DNA of 64,000 nucleotides from Heptranchias perlo (lineage: Eukaryota): the NCBI RefSeq assembly GCF_035084215.1, contig NC_090326.1, positions 98,580,001 to 98,644,000 on the forward strand. The letters are read 5' to 3'. Position numbers and translations under genes: made by a program. The notes under the pieces were generated by a model that was given only the letters and a program-made list of their open reading frames with translations, ran no database searches and had not been told where the DNA came from. Shown here piece by piece: positions 1 through 13,572 of the stretch; within the stretch, counting starts at the first letter, position 1, and each line of letters opens with the position of its first letter.

Positions 1-1089
1 CCTGAGATCTTTACTTTTGTTAAAACTGCATTCAGCCCAAAGTTCATTGTAGGACTTGCCACTAAATTTAAGCAAAGCTCTTTTACCACCAGTTTTGGAA
101 AATAGGAGCAGCTAATTCTGTAACTATTTGCAGTGGTGTCCTATCACGTATCCACCGAACAATTTTCCCCAATGCTTTCAAAGTTCAGCAAAGATTCTTA
201 TTATAACTGACCCTATGGTCAGATCTATCTATATTAGAAATGCTTGAATCAATCCTGTGGAGTTTTGACTCCCAAGATGCTTTTACAGGATAACTTACTT
301 ATGATTTTCAAAATGAAGAATATTTAAAAAAATAAACTAAAATCATCCATGACATCAGGATAAATATTTGAGTGCTACTTTCAGTTTGTACCACAACCTG
401 TGCAGTAATAATGTCCTAGAAGATCCATGTGCCAGGTATGCCCTCTGCTGACAGGATGTTATATATATATATTTTAAAAAGCTAACCATCACTTCACCAA
501 AGATGGAGGCCTGTATTTTCCTCTGAATTACCACCCATATTGGAGCGGACGACAGAGGAAGATGCCAATTAAAGGCTGCTACCTCAAATACACCACAAAA
601 AAATTACACCTGCATTCTCCTTCCAAAAAACCGCCACTTCCATTATAACTGGTCACAAGCCATTCCACCGCATTTAAATGGTATCAAGGGGGCGTGACTG
701 ACCCTTCCACACCATGTGACAATCACACTGATGGGGCTTTGTTTGAAACCTGTTTTATGATGAATAAATATAAATATGAAGCAATATGAATTAGAGCAGG
801 GAATGTTAAAACAGCTGTTTTCCTGCATTTGTACCTGAATTTAAATTTCAAAACCTTTTAAATCCACTTACAGATTAGAGCACTACTATTCATTTATTTT
901 TACGTTCTGCAGGAATCAAGATGATAAGTTATAATCATTGCCCAACTTGAATTTTTAAGCTGTTTCCTTTGGTGACGCTTTACTTCAGGAAGGACCTTGG
1001 GCAATATATTTGGATGAGCTGCAGATGCTGTTGCAAAACTTGTAATTTGGTGCATATCTACTAATTTTGTTTTTAATTATAAAACAGCA

Positions 1090-1370
1090 TCATGTTAAGG
1101 CATGATTTCAATGTTATACTGTATTGTTTCTTTGTGTCGAGATGATCATTCCTACAATTTACTCCCCCTTGCTCTTGAAATGCATGATTCCAGATGTTAT
1201 CTTACCCAAGTGGCTAGTCTTCGCTTGTGAGCACTACGTTTACGACTTCGCTTTCATAGGTCAAAATCTAGTTCACTATTTTGATGAAGGATCCGTACCC
1301 ACAACATTAACTCCTTTCATCTATCCACAAATGTTGCCAGACCTGTTGAGTGTTTCCAGCATTTAATGTT
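1090..1370 (+). mobile_element. Degenerate Penelope-like element terminal fragment
   Basis: Ends in tgatgaaggatcc...acattaactcc...ccagacctgttgagtgtttccagcattt, the same terminus seen at 16500-16600 and (reverse) at 18475-18570 next to Penelope-like sequence. Confidence 0.5.
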
Positions 1371-2032
1371 ACTTACAACAACAGTCAGAATATTTACGTG
1401 GTCCTTTAGGGAATCATTGCGATGTGCTCAGTTGTCCTATGCATTATGCACTTTCCACTGCAATGGCTTAGAAAAAGGTAAATGTTAATATTTTGAAAAA
1501 GAGAATTTTCTTAAGAATATGTAATTAAAAATACTGAAAAGTAGCCCAAAGTACCAGGATACAGTTTGGGGTAAGGTGCATTGGAACTATCTCTATGAAT
1601 GCTTGCAGGGCACAACTAACGTAGACACAGGCTAGTTGAGTATGGTGTCTTAGGCTCACTGCAGATGGTAACATTATTTAATCTGTTTGCCTCCAATCTA
1701 AAAATGTGATCTTGAGGAACACTTCAGTGGACCTATGAGTCATGGGATAGAGATGTAAAAATACAGGGGGTTAAATTGGTGCGAGATTAACCAGCGCCCG
1801 GTCGTTGAGATGCAGGCAGCACATAACATTCGTGCTGCTTGATAATCTACATGATTGCTGCGTGCAGCCAGCACTACCTGCGCTATGAGTGGCTGCAGGC
1901 ACCAGCAGGGGGCCCTAATATCGGGAGTGGCTAGCACTACTTAAAGACAGCCTGCACCTCTTAAAGGGGAGGTGCACTGCGGGTGCAGGAAGTGGTGTGA
2001 GAAGTGATTCCTGGACTGGAAGATATTGAAGA

Positions 2033-4120
2033 ATGGCTACACCCGGGTGACAGCGCGCACCAAGATTCTCAGATGGTGCACTAGAGGCCTTGGTGGAAGA
2101 GGTGGACAGACGGAGAGCCAGCCTATATCCACAGGGAGGCAGGAGCCCCTTCAGACATATGTTCAAGAGGCAGTGGGAGGCTGTGGCGAATGAGGTAAAT
2201 GCCAGGAGCATCGCACCACGCACATGGATGCAGTGGAGGAAGAAGTTCAATGATTTGACACAAGTGGTCAAGGTGAGTGCGTTCAACTGTCACGTGGCAT
2301 AAACTACAAACTGCACCATTGGCCTCACCCACAGTTCCATGCGCTACACCCCCCATCACTCACCTCCCCCCGTCATCTACCTACCAACAAACTCTCACAA
2401 CCCTGTGAATCAGATGCTTTATCTCACCCTCACACATTACTGCTGTTGCAAGCCGCACACCCACAACTCACAGGTCACACACGCTGGCAGCTATTCAACC
2501 ATGACAGCCACATCACCCAAACATCTTGCAGGACACTCACTGACATACTTCTCTCTTTCTTGCAGAAGAAGATGGTGCACAACATTAGGCAACAGAAAAG
2601 ACCTGGGGGAGGATAGGCACGCCTACACGTCCTCACTCCCATAGAGGACACCGTGCTGGCCATCATTGGGCGGTCCGTTGCTGCAGCCGTGGCCACTGGC
2701 GGTGCTGGAAGGATCAATGATGAAGGTCTCTGCATACCTATTCCTCCATCTCACTTCCCATTTCTCCCTCATCCCACAATCTTTTCCGACTCAGGTGTTG
2801 CAGATGGTGTCAGCACGCGCATCTTACTTTCTCCTCTCCCCGCACTACAACTCAACCCATGTCCCTTTATCATTTCAGATACCCAAGAACTGGAACCTGC
2901 CCAGTCAGAGGAGGCAGAGGAAGAAGACAGTGATGATGAAGAGACACCGTCACTCGATCTTACACTCGCAGCCACCAGCTCAGATACTGACACTGCGCGG
3001 TGTAGAGGATAGAGGAGGGATCTGCACATGGTGAGACAACAGGCACAAGTGCGCAGGACTGGGGCGGGGGGAACAGATACCGCAGGTACCAGCTCACCAG
3101 AGGGCGAGGTCACACACTAGTTCTGCTGCAGAGGAGTCAGATGAGGACTTCGATGGGCCAGGGTACAGAAGGCGGCTGATGAGCGTACACAACCAAACGC
3201 TTGGTGCACTGGAAAGTCTGCCAGAAAACCTGCGCAAAATGTCAAGGGGCATGGAGGAGTCCAGCTCCAACTTGGCACAGGACTTTGCGCAGAGCTTGGA
3301 GCCCATCCTTTCCCACATGGAACGGGTGGTTAACTCCATCAGCACACCTGTGGAACTCACCATGATGCAGCATCTGATGACCGATGTCTCAGTTTCCATT
3401 GCAGCATAAACAACTTCCACTGCAGCATAAACAGCTGCCATCCAAGGTCTGCATGCTACATTTGGAGCTCTGACTGCTAATTTGGAAGCTCAAATTTCTC
3501 CATTACAGGCTCAGACTGCTGCTATCGTGGCTCTGGGTACCACTGTGGAACAGAGCTTCCAGGGCATCACAGCACTCCAGCAATCTGTTCTCCAGCAGAT
3601 CACCAGAAGTGATCCTAACAGCAATGTGAGAGAACCTTCACCACACGGACTGCAGCAGTTCAAGAAGGTGGCTCATCACCACCTTCTCAAGGGCAATTAG
3701 GGAAGGGCAATAAATGCTGGCCTCGCCAGCGACGCCCACATCCCATGAACGAATAAAAAAAAAAGGAGTGATGAGGTGCTGCCCCGGGAGAGTGGCAGTT
3801 GGGAGATGAACCTGCTGTCCTCTCTCAAGATGACAGCATTCCTGTTCCCACCCCTGCCACTCCGCCAGTGCCCTTGCTGTTGCCTGTCAACCAGCCAGGC
3901 CAGACTGCTGCAGGCCCGGCTGAGATGGTGCAGTCTGTAGCCGGGCCCTTTTGGCCCAGAGCTGCTCGTGGTCGTCCTCCAAGGCTATCTGCAGTCACCT
4001 CCAGTGAAGGTCAGCAGCCTTCCACTACCCATGCTCCAGCACTGGGGATGCACTTCGCAGGAGCTATAGGATAGATAAAGGTGAACAACAGGCACTAAGG
4101 GAATGCATAAGGGTGAATAG
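2033..4120 (+). pseudogene. Harbinger Myb/SANT-like DNA-binding protein gene, 3 exons, disrupted
   Basis: Exon 1 2033-2272 MATPG*QRAPRFSDGALEALVEEV...WEAVANEVN...RTWMQWRKKFNDL, donor GTGAGT; exon 2 2566-2725 KKMVHN...GGG*...LTPIEDTVLAIIG; exon 3 from 2879; in-frame stops and a LINE insertion. Confidence 0.85.
3614..3763 (+). mobile_element. 5'-truncated non-LTR retrotransposon 3' end inserted in the Harbinger
   Basis: Encodes an RT C-terminus-like PSPHGLQQFKKVAHHHLLKGN*, ends AATAAA plus poly(A), flanked by AGAAGTGAT (3605-3613) and AGGAGTGAT (3764-3772). Confidence 0.8.
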
Positions 4121-4317
4121 TCTCATTTTGTTTGCTTTATTACATATGTTAATTGATAAATTTGGGTTTGGATTTTCATTTGATGTTGGCTTTCATTTCT
4201 GGGATGAGCTGAGGGAGGAAACAATGTGTAATCATAAGGAGGACGATTTGATGGTCATGTGAGAGAGGAAAGGTAAGGAGTGTGGGATTGTTGGTGAATG
4301 GGGAGTTGTCATTGAGG

Positions 4318-5515
4318 TTACTGGTTTCGCTCATTAATAATCTGATCATGCAAAGCTCTGGCAGATAGGGCCTGTCTACCTTGTTGCCTCCCTGCCTCTT
4401 CCTCCACTTCCTGTTGCACTTCCTCCTCCTCCTCCACTTCCTCCTCCATCTCTTCCTCCTCCTCCCCCTCCTCCGCCTCTTCCTCCTCTTCCTCTAACTC
4501 AGGTTCTCGCTGGATAGGCGGTAGTAAGAGCTGTTCCCTCACAATGGCAAGGTTGTGCAGCATGCAGCATACAACGATAAATCTTGATACCCGCTCAGCT
4601 AAGTACTGCAGGGCTCAGAGCGGTCCAGGCAGCAGAAGAGTTGTTTGAGGACGCCTATGGTGTGCTCGATGATGTTCCGTGAGGCAACATGGCTCTCGTT
4701 GTATGCCTGCTGTGCATGTGTGTGTGCGCTCCAGACCGGAATCATGAGCCCTTCATGAAGGGATAACCTTTGGCGCCCAGTAGCCAGCCTTTGATTTGCC
4801 GTGCTGGTTGAAGTATAGGTGGCACGTCGAACTGCCACAGAATGAAGGAGTCATGACTGCTGCCAGGATAGCGGGCATTCACCTGCATGATGTGCTGCGT
4901 GTGGTCGCACACCAGCTGCATGTTGAGGAAGTGGAATTCCTTTCTGTTCATGAACATGGCCAACTTCTGATGTGGAGCACACATGTGTGCAGTCAATGGC
5001 ACCCTGCACCATGGGGATGACGGCAATGCGAGCAAACCCTCGTGCTCATTCATGCTGCTTGTCTCTGTCAAGAGGGAACGTGATGAATCTGTTTCTGAGT
5101 GCGTACAGAGCCTCCGTGACCTCCCTTATACAGCAGTGCACTGCAAACTGCGAGATTGCTTATATCGCCAGCAGCATCCTGAAAGGAACCAAGGCCGTAA
5201 AAATTAAGTGCCACGGTTACCTTGACAGCCACAGGCAAAGTTCTTGCCCTGCTTTGAGGCTGCAGTTGTGCCTGCAGCAGTTGACAATCTCAGTCACGAC
5301 CTCTTTCGTGAACCGCAGCCATCAGATGCACTAGTCGCCGCTGAAATTGAGGTAGGAGAATTGGTCCCTGAAGGCCCTCATTGGATATGGCCTGCTGCTG
5401 AGTGCCCTGTACCTCCTCCTCCTCCCTCTTCTCGCAGCTTGTCCTGCTCTGCGTGGTCACCCTGCATGCTCCCAGTCATGTTCAATTCCCAGAGGAAGCC
5501 CTAGCAGGCCCCCAT
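4318..5515 (-). pseudogene. Harbinger (HARBI1-like, DDE_Tnp_4) transposase, frameshifted
   Basis: Motifs spread across frames: LPVAVKVTVALNFY..GSFQ, VQGAIDCTH, NRKEFHFLNMQLVCDH, ARYPGSSHDSFIL, GWLLGAKGYP, YNESHVASRNIIEHTIGVLK, CCMLHNLAI, then an acidic tail. Confidence 0.9.
4392..4497 (-). repeat. (GAG/GAA)n-rich tract encoding the poly-Glu transposase tail
   Basis: CTC/TTC-rich run on the + strand; ORF 4318-4563 contains EEEEEEAEEGEEEEE. Confidence 0.8.
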
Positions 5516-7039
5516 GTCTGGAAGCAAAGTTGTTCAGCACACTATTTTAAAGGCCATTAACAGTACTGCAAGACCACACAGATCACGTTTTATATAATAT
5601 TACAACTTTCTCCAAGTATAGAAAACTTCCAAAAACACGTACAATTGTACCAGCAGCCAAGATAACTAATCCAGCAACTAACCTATAACTTCTGCATGCT
5701 CCCTTTAAATAGCGCTGGTGGGAGGTGCTTCATGCCCTTTAACTCCTGTTCAGCTGTGCGAGGTTAGGACAGTGCGTTGGCTGGAGCGGGGAGTTCAAAA
5801 ATGCCGCCGACTGCTTCTAATCAGCGTTGCACGTTGATTTACGTCATAATCTCCCTACTCTACCTGCTGCCACTGTTCATTAGGTGCCACCACCTTTACC
5901 AAGATGGCGTCCAGCCTGCGTCACACCGGAAGTGTGCACACGCATCTCGGGCACCATTGTTGGGGCTTAGGAGTCCGCGTAGTGTCTACACAACGGGCGC
6001 TACATGGCCCAGTTTAACCCCCATACTATTGATCCAGTAGCATCCATAGCCACTGCTGTAAAGTCTTCTGCCAAATATATTTGGTGAATCAGTTTTTAAA
6101 AATCTTAACAGTATGTTTACAATTTCAGATTTAGGGATCCCAACTGAGCATTTTGCTTTACATTTTTATTCTTATAGACATATATCAGGTCCTCTAGAAT
6201 TATTATTTCTTATATGTAACAATAACTTTTCAAACCATGAAATGATGGTATGAGGTAGACAAAGGGTCAACGAATACAATTTACGCAAAGTAACCATGAA
6301 TCAAAACTGCAATCCCAATTCAAAAGATTAACAATAAAATATTCAATAAATCAAGAACAGAACTTGTGACAAAAAATTTAATTGCTGTACATCCTTCAAA
6401 CTCAATAAAGTTAGACACCAGATGCAGTTAAAGGATTTTTCAATCAAGAGGTGGAGAAATTTTGGCAAAAATATCACTGACGCTGTTTCTCCCTGCAATA
6501 TAATTTTTAAAGTTACCACTTTAGTTTTAAAACAGTCATTACCCAGTTAGTTTTATTTCTGATTAAACTTAAATTGGATTAAATTTTTTAATTGTCCATT
6601 TCTTAACTAACAGCTAAGTTCCTGAGGCCAGCCCGCTGAATTTTTATCTTTCCTGGTGGTAGAGAAGGGAGTTACTGTTGAGGTAAGCTTGGTGAGTTGC
6701 ATACTGCAGCCAGAGTGCACTGATGGTGGTGGAATTAAATATTGAGACCAGTGGCAGGGGTGACAATCAAGCAGAATAACTAATTAAATATTGCATTAGG
6801 GCATCCTATAGCTGTTGTCTGCCTTGAAAGGAACACCTCCACCATCCCACATTTTCCATTTAATATTAAATTATTGATCTATATTATTAAAAAATGGTCT
6901 CAATAATGGTGTAGAATTCCTCCAGCAAATTGATTAGTCCATAATTGCCATTTGATTATATAGTCACCATGGAATAATCAAATTGAACAATCAATTCCAT
7001 AAGAACACACTAATCAACCATGTAAAAAAAAGCATATGA

Positions 7040-7680
7040 CAGATCATGTTCCACCATTTCTGCTACCTCCAACATAATCCTACCACCAAACATATCTCCT
7101 TCCAACATAATCCTACCACCAAACATATCTCCTTCCACACCCCTGCCCACCCCCCACCCCCAATCCACCTTGCTCTCTGCTTTCCGAAGGGACTGTTCTC
7201 TCAACAACAACCTGGTTCACTCTTCCACCACCTCTACCACCTGCTCCCCTTCCCCTGGGACCTTCCCATGCAAGCTCATAACATGCAGCACCTGATCATA
7301 ACCTCCTTCCACACCACTGTCCAGGGAGCCAAACACTCCTCCTGGGTGAGACAGCAATTTATGTGTACTTCCTCCAACCTGGCATATCATATTCGCTGCT
7401 CACTACGCTGTTTCCCCATACATCAGGCAGACCAAACACAGGTTAGGTGACCATATTGCTGAACACCTCTGATCTGCCTGCAAGTTTAAACCCTGAGCCC
7501 TAGTCATTTGGCCCTTCAATTCCCTGCCCCACTCCTACCTTGCTCTCGCTTGTCTTTTGCTTTCTACACAGTTCCAATTGAAGCTGAATGCAAGGTCAAG
7601 ATCAAGAACAGCACCTTAATCTGTCTACAAGGCTTTAATATTATCTTCAGACCTTAACTATAGCTCTCACTTTCTCTTTG
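7040..7680 (+). mobile_element. Penelope-like element fragment (GIY-YIG endonuclease region)
   Basis: VRQQFMCTSSNLAYHIRCS followed, after a frameshift, by YIRQTKHRLGDHIAEHL, a GIY-YIG signature; includes a 33-bp tandem duplication at 7068-7133. Confidence 0.75.
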
Positions 7681-7999
7681 GCAGGAAGTGCTAGCAATGT
7701 GAGATGGGGGAGCGAAAAGGAGAAGGTTGGTGCTGGGGATAGGACCCTCCGTCAGAGCACCATGCTGGCGAGGCGATCTGTACCCTTGGTGTCAACCTCC
7801 TCTTTTCTTCTCCCAGGCACCTGAGCTGCTGGAGTTTGCTCTGCTTTGCCAGTTTATTTTGCTTCCCTTTTAATCTGCCTATATCCCCACCTCTTTAAGC
7901 TATTCACATGTTCTCTGTGTCTCATATTTGACTTTTATTTCTCTCATTATGCCTCCTTTTGTCTCATGCTAATATCACTTCTCCCATTTATCCAACTCA

Positions 8000-8960
8000 T
8001 AGTATTATATCATAGTGTGGTACAGCACAGGAGGAGGCCATTCAGCCCATTGTGCCTGTGCCGGCTCTGAAAGAGCTATCCAATTAGTCCAATTCCCACG
8101 CTCTTTCCCCATTGTCATGTAAATTTTTTCCCTTCAAGTATTTATCCAATTCCCTTTTGAAAGTTATTATTGAATCTGCTTCCACCACCCTTTCAGGCAA
8201 TGCATTTCAGATCATAACTACTCTCTGTGTAAAAAAGTGTTTCCTCATGTCTCCTCTGCCTCTTTTGCCAATCACCTTAAATCTGTGTCCTCTGGTTACC
8301 GAACTTTCTGCCACTGGAACCAGTTTCTCCTTATTTACTCTACCAAAACCACTCATGATTTTGGACACCTCCATCAAATCTCCCCTTAACCTTCTCTGAT
8401 CTAAGGAGAACAACCCCAGCTTCTCCAGTCTCTTCTCATAACTGAAGTCCCTCATACCTGGTACCATTCTAGTAAATCTCTACTGCACCCTATCTAAGGC
8501 CTTGACATCCTTCCTAAAACGTGGTGCCCAGAATTGAACACAATACACCAAATGAGGCCTAACCAGTGTTTTATAAAGGTTTACCATAACTTCCTTGCTT
8601 TTGTACTCTATGCCTCTATTAATAAAGCCCAGGATCCCATATGGTATTTTAACAGCCTTCTCAACTTCTCCTGCCACCTTCAAAGATTTGTGTACATACA
8701 TCCCCAGGTCTCACAGTTTCTACACTCCCTTTAAAATTATACCATTTAGTTTATATTGCCTCTCCTCATTCTTCCTACCAAAATGTGCATTAAATTTCAT
8801 CCGCCATGTGTCCGTTTCACCAGTCTGTCTACGTCCTCCTGAGATCTGCTACTATCATCCACATTGTTTACTACATTTCTGAGTTTCATGTCATCTGCAA
8901 AAACTTTGAAATTATACCCTGTATACCCAAGACCAAGTCATTAATATATATCAATATGTA
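8000..8960 (-). mobile_element. CR1 LINE 3' fragment
   Basis: ORFs 8480-8701 and 8207-8467: LYKTLVRPHL..CVQFW, YEKRLEKLGLFSLDQRRLRGD, HFFTQRVV. Confidence 0.9.
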
Positions 8961-9012
8961 TCAGTATTAAATATATCAGAAATCTGGTTCTGTACTTAAG
9001 CATATTATAGGT

Positions 9013-11381
9013 CATTCATAGAATCACAGAACGTTATGGCACAGAAGGAGGCCATTCGGCCCATCGTGTCCATGCCAGCCGTAAAAGAGCTATCCAGCTT
9101 AATCCCACTTTCCAGCACTTGGTCCATAGCCCTGTAGGTTACGACACTTCAAGTGCACATCCAAGTACTTTTTAAATGAGTTGAGGGTTTCTGCCTCTAC
9201 CACCCTTTCAGGCAGTGAGTTCCGACCCCCACTACCCTCTGGGTGAAAGAAATTCTCCTCAACTCCCTTCTAATCCTTCTACCAATTACTTTAAGTCTAT
9301 GCCCCCTGGTCACTAACCCCTCTGCTAAGGGAAATAGGTCCTCCCTAGGCCCCTCATAATTTTATATGCCTCAATTAAAGCTCCTCTCAGCCTCCTTTGT
9401 TCCAAAGAAAACAACCCCAGCCTATCCAATCTTTTCTCATAGCTAAAATTCTCCAGCCCTGACAACATCCTCATAAATCTCCTCTGTACCCTCTCTTGTG
9501 CAATCACGTCTTCCCCGTAGTGTGGTAACCAGAACTGTACACAGTACTCTAGCTGTGGTCTAACTAGTGATTTATACAGTTCTAGCATAACCTCCCTGCT
9601 CTTATATTCTATGCCTTGGCTAATAAAGGAAAGTATCCCGTATGCCTTCTTAACCACCTTATCTACCTGTCCTGCTACCTTAAGGGATCTGTGTTCATGA
9701 ACTCCAAGGTCCCTCTGTTCCTCTACACTTCTCAGTATCCTCCCATTTATTGTGTATTCCCTTGCCTTGTTTGCCCTCCCCAAATGCATTGCCTCGCACT
9801 TCTCCGGATTGAATTCCATTTGCCACTTTTCTGCTCACCTGACCAGTCCATTGATATTTTCCTGCAGTCTATAGCTTTCCTCCTCACTCTCAACCACATG
9901 GCCAATTTTTGTATCATCTGCAAACTCCTTAATCATGCCCCCTACATTCAAGTCCTAATCATTAATATATATTACAAATAGCAAGGGACCTAGTACTGAG
10001 CCTTGCGGAACCCCACTGGAAACAGCCTTCCAGTCACAAAAACATCTGTCTACCATTACCCTTTGCTTCCTGCCACTGAGCCAATTTTGGATCCAACTTG
10101 CCACTTTCCCTTGGATCCCATGGGCTTTTACATTTTTTACCAGTCTGCCATGTGGGACCTTGTCAAAAGCCTTGCTAAAATCCATGTAGACTACATCAAA
10201 CACGATCCTCCTTGTCACCTCCTCAAAAAATTCAATCAATTTAGTCAGACACGACCTTCCCGAAACAAATCCATGCTGACTGTCTTTGATTAACCCATAC
10301 CTTTCTAAATGACGATTTCTGCTGTCCCTCAGAATTGATTCCAATAATTTGCCCACCACCGAGGTTAGACTGACTGGCCTATAATTACACAGTCTATCCT
10401 TTTTTCCCTTTTTAAGCAACGGTACAACATTAGCAGTCCTCCAATCCTCCGGCACCATGCCTGTATCCAGTGAGGATTGGAAAATGATGGTCAGAGCCTC
10501 TGTTATTTCCTCCCTTGCTTCTCTTAACAGCCTAGGATACATTTCATCCGGGCCTGGCGATTTATCTACTTTCAAAGATGCTAAACCCCTTAATACTTCC
10601 TCTCTGACTATATTTATCCCCTCCAATATTTCACACTCCTCCTCTTTAACTACAATCTCTGCATCGTCCCCCTCTTTTGTGAAGACAGGCGTAAAGTATT
10701 CATTAAGAACCATACCCACATCTTCCGCCGCCACACATAGGTTACCTTTTTGTTTTCTATTAGGCCCTGCTCTTTCCTTAGTTATTCTCTTGCTCTTTAT
10801 GTATTTATAAAACATCTTTGGGTTTTCCTTGATTTTACTTGCCAGTATTTTTTCATGCTCTCTCTTTGCTTTCCGAATTTCCTTTTTAATTTCACCCCTA
10901 CACTTTCTATACTCCTCTAGGCTTTCTGCAGTATTGAGCTCTCGGTATCTGACATAAGTTTCCCTTTTTTGGCGTATCTTACCCTGTATCCTCCTTGACA
11001 TCCAGTGGGCTCTGAATTTGGGAATCACACCCTTTTTCTTTGTGGGAACGTGTTTGTTCTGAACCTTCACTATCCCTCCCTCGAATTCCTCCCACTGCTC
11101 TGACACTAATTTACCTTCAGGTAGCTGTTTCCAGTCCACTTTTGCTAAATCACTTCTCAGCTTAATAAAATTGGCCTTTCCCCAATTAAGAACTTTTACT
11201 TCTGTTCTATCTTTGTCCTTTTCCATAATTATGCTAATCTAACTGAATTATAATCACTACCACCAAAATGCTCTCCCATTGATACTCCTTCCACCTGCCC
11301 AGCTTCATTCCCTAAAACTAAGTCCAGAACTGCCCCCTCTCTTGTTGAGCTTGCTACGTACTGGCTAAAAAAGTTCTCCTG
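9013..11381 (-). mobile_element. CR1 LINE ORF2 fragment (~2.4 kb, RT domain)
   Basis: 423-aa ORF 9955-11226 with KSPGPDE, NYRPVSLTS, QHGF, DFSKAFD, GVPQGSVLGP, YIND; continues in 9325-9819 to the 3' tail. Confidence 0.95.
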
Positions 11382-12535
11382 ATAAATTCTATTTATTTTC
11401 ATGTGTGTGTTCTTCCCTCCCCTTCTCTTTGTTCTGTTCCATTTTAAATGCTGTTCATCTGAAATATCTTATAATTTTTACAATGGGTCCCAGCTGAAAC
11501 AATAACTTGTCTGTTCTCTCAATTCATGCCCCGTGGCCTGCTGAGTGTTTACAGTATCAGCATTATTTTGCTTTGTTTTTGAAAAGAACCTTTCTGTCCA
11601 CATTTTGAATTAATTTTACTCTCCTCTATTTTTTATTGATTTATTTCACATTTATTTTGTTCTTAATTAATGTCCTGTAGGGCAAAGCTCAGCCCAACTT
11701 AACTCTCTCCCCACAAACTGTGGCTGGATGCCAAAAAACTGGTCTGCTCAGCCTCTTTCCTGTAACCCAAATCTCCCCTTCCCTAATGAATTCTTCATCT
11801 ACTCAACCTCTCTGCTCTATCAGACTTGACATTTCTAATCCTCCCTCACTGTGGCTGTGGAGCTGGATCTGGGAAAATAAGCATAATGAGTACATTTAAA
11901 TGGTAAAAATAAAATTTAAATATATGAGAAGAAATGGATTTACAAAAAAAGAGAGTGAAAGGAGGAAAAGATCAGAAAGCAAAAAGTTAATTCAAAAGGT
12001 ATAATAAAACAAAATGAGAGATGAATGAAGAAAGTGTGTGACTGGAAGGCTTACATAAAAAAGACACAACTGTAAAACATACAGACACAAAAATGGAAGA
12101 CAAATAATATACATTGGGAGACAGGCACACGAAAAGAGACAAATTTTATTTTTCCTTTTGTCAGCCAGTTATGCTACAGAAAACCAACCAGTCTCCAACA
12201 TGAATAGCAAATGTTGAAAATGCATGGCAGGTCAATCACATGAAAAGAAGAAAGAAAACTTAATGCTTTAGATGGAGCTGCTTTGTCAAAACGTCAGTTC
12301 TGGCACAGGCTCTCCCCGAAACATAGAATCACAGAATCATAGAATGGCTACAGCACAGAAGGAAGCCATTCGGCCCATCGAACCTGTGCCATTAAACTGT
12401 CTTTTCTCTTTCCAGACACGAAATTAACTGTTATGTATTTCCAGCATTTTGCTGAAGATGTCCAACCCCTGGTCTAGATGGATTGCATCCGCACATATTA
12501 AAAGAAGTTAGGGAAGAGCTAGCAGAGGCACTATT

Positions 12536-12995
12536 AGAAACATGGAAACATAGAAAATAGGAGCAGGAGTAGGCCATTCGGCCCTTTGAGCCTGCTCCAC
12601 CATTCAATATGATCATGGCTGATCCTCTATCTCAATACCATATTCCTGCTCTCTCCCCATACCCCATGATGCCTTTTGTGTCTAGAAATCTATCTAGCTC
12701 TTTCTTAAATATATTCAGTGATTTGGCCTCCACAGCCTTCCGCGGTAGAGAATTCCACAGGTTCACCAGCCTCTGAGTGAAGAACTTTCTCCTCATCTCA
12801 GTCCTAAATGTCCTACCCCGTATCTTGAGACTGTGACCCCTTGTTCTGGACCCCCCCCCAGCCAGGGGAAACATCCTCCCTGCATCCAGTCTGTCTAGCC
12901 CTGTCAGAATTTTATATGTTTCAATGAGATCCCCTCTCATTCTTCTAAACTCAAGTGAATACAGGCCTAGTCGATCCAATCTCTCCTCATACGAC
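12536..12995 (-). mobile_element. Nested CR1 3' fragment
   Basis: ORF 12632-13021 (YEERLDRLGLYSLEFRRMRGD...); flanks CACTATTA/CATTATTA resemble a TSD. Confidence 0.85.
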
Positions 12996-13572
12996 ATTAT
13001 TACATATATATAAAATTTCATTAGAAAAGGGACTGGCGGACAGCTAATGTGATTCCTATATTTAAAAAGGGAGATAGAACCAGTCCAGGGAACTATAGAC
13101 CAGTTAGCTTAATGTCAGTGGTAGGAAAGATAATGGAAAAACATCTAAAAATCGAAAATATAATAAAGAATAGTCAGCACGGATTTCAGAAGGGAAAGTC
13201 ATGTTTGGCCAACCTTATTGAATTCTTTGAAGAAGTAACAGAAAGAGCAGACAACGGTAATGCAATAGATGTAATATATTTGGATTTTCAAAAGGCCTTC
13301 GATAAGGTATCCCATAGTAGACTCATGCCGGAGGTCACAGCATGTGGAGTCAGGGGACAAGTAGCAGAATGGATAGCAAGCTGGCTACAAAACAGAGAAC
13401 AGAGAGTAGGGTTTAAAGGTAGTTACTCAGACTGGCAAAAGATGGGAAGTGCTGTTCCACAAGATCAGTGCTGGAATCACTGTTGTTCACAATTTACATA
13501 AACAAATTGGACTCGGGAATCGGAAGTACAATTTCAAGATTTGCAGACAATACCAAATTAGGAAGTATAGTT

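Larger units (their letters stand above)
1766..6022. mobile_element. Full-length, inactivated PIF/Harbinger DNA transposon (~4.26 kb)
   Basis: TIRs GGGGGTTAAATTGG (1766-1779) and CCAGTTTAACCCCC (6009-6022), 13/14 match, plus subterminal AGCGCCCG inverted motifs. Encloses a Myb/SANT gene (+) and a HARBI1-type transposase (-). The 3-bp flanks differ by one base (ACA/ATA or CAG/CAT). Confidence 0.9.

Noticed and set aside
9955-11226. 423-aa ORF as a host gene or active reverse transcriptase
   Set aside because: Truncated CR1 ORF2 with a stop before the FADD motif and an internal deletion
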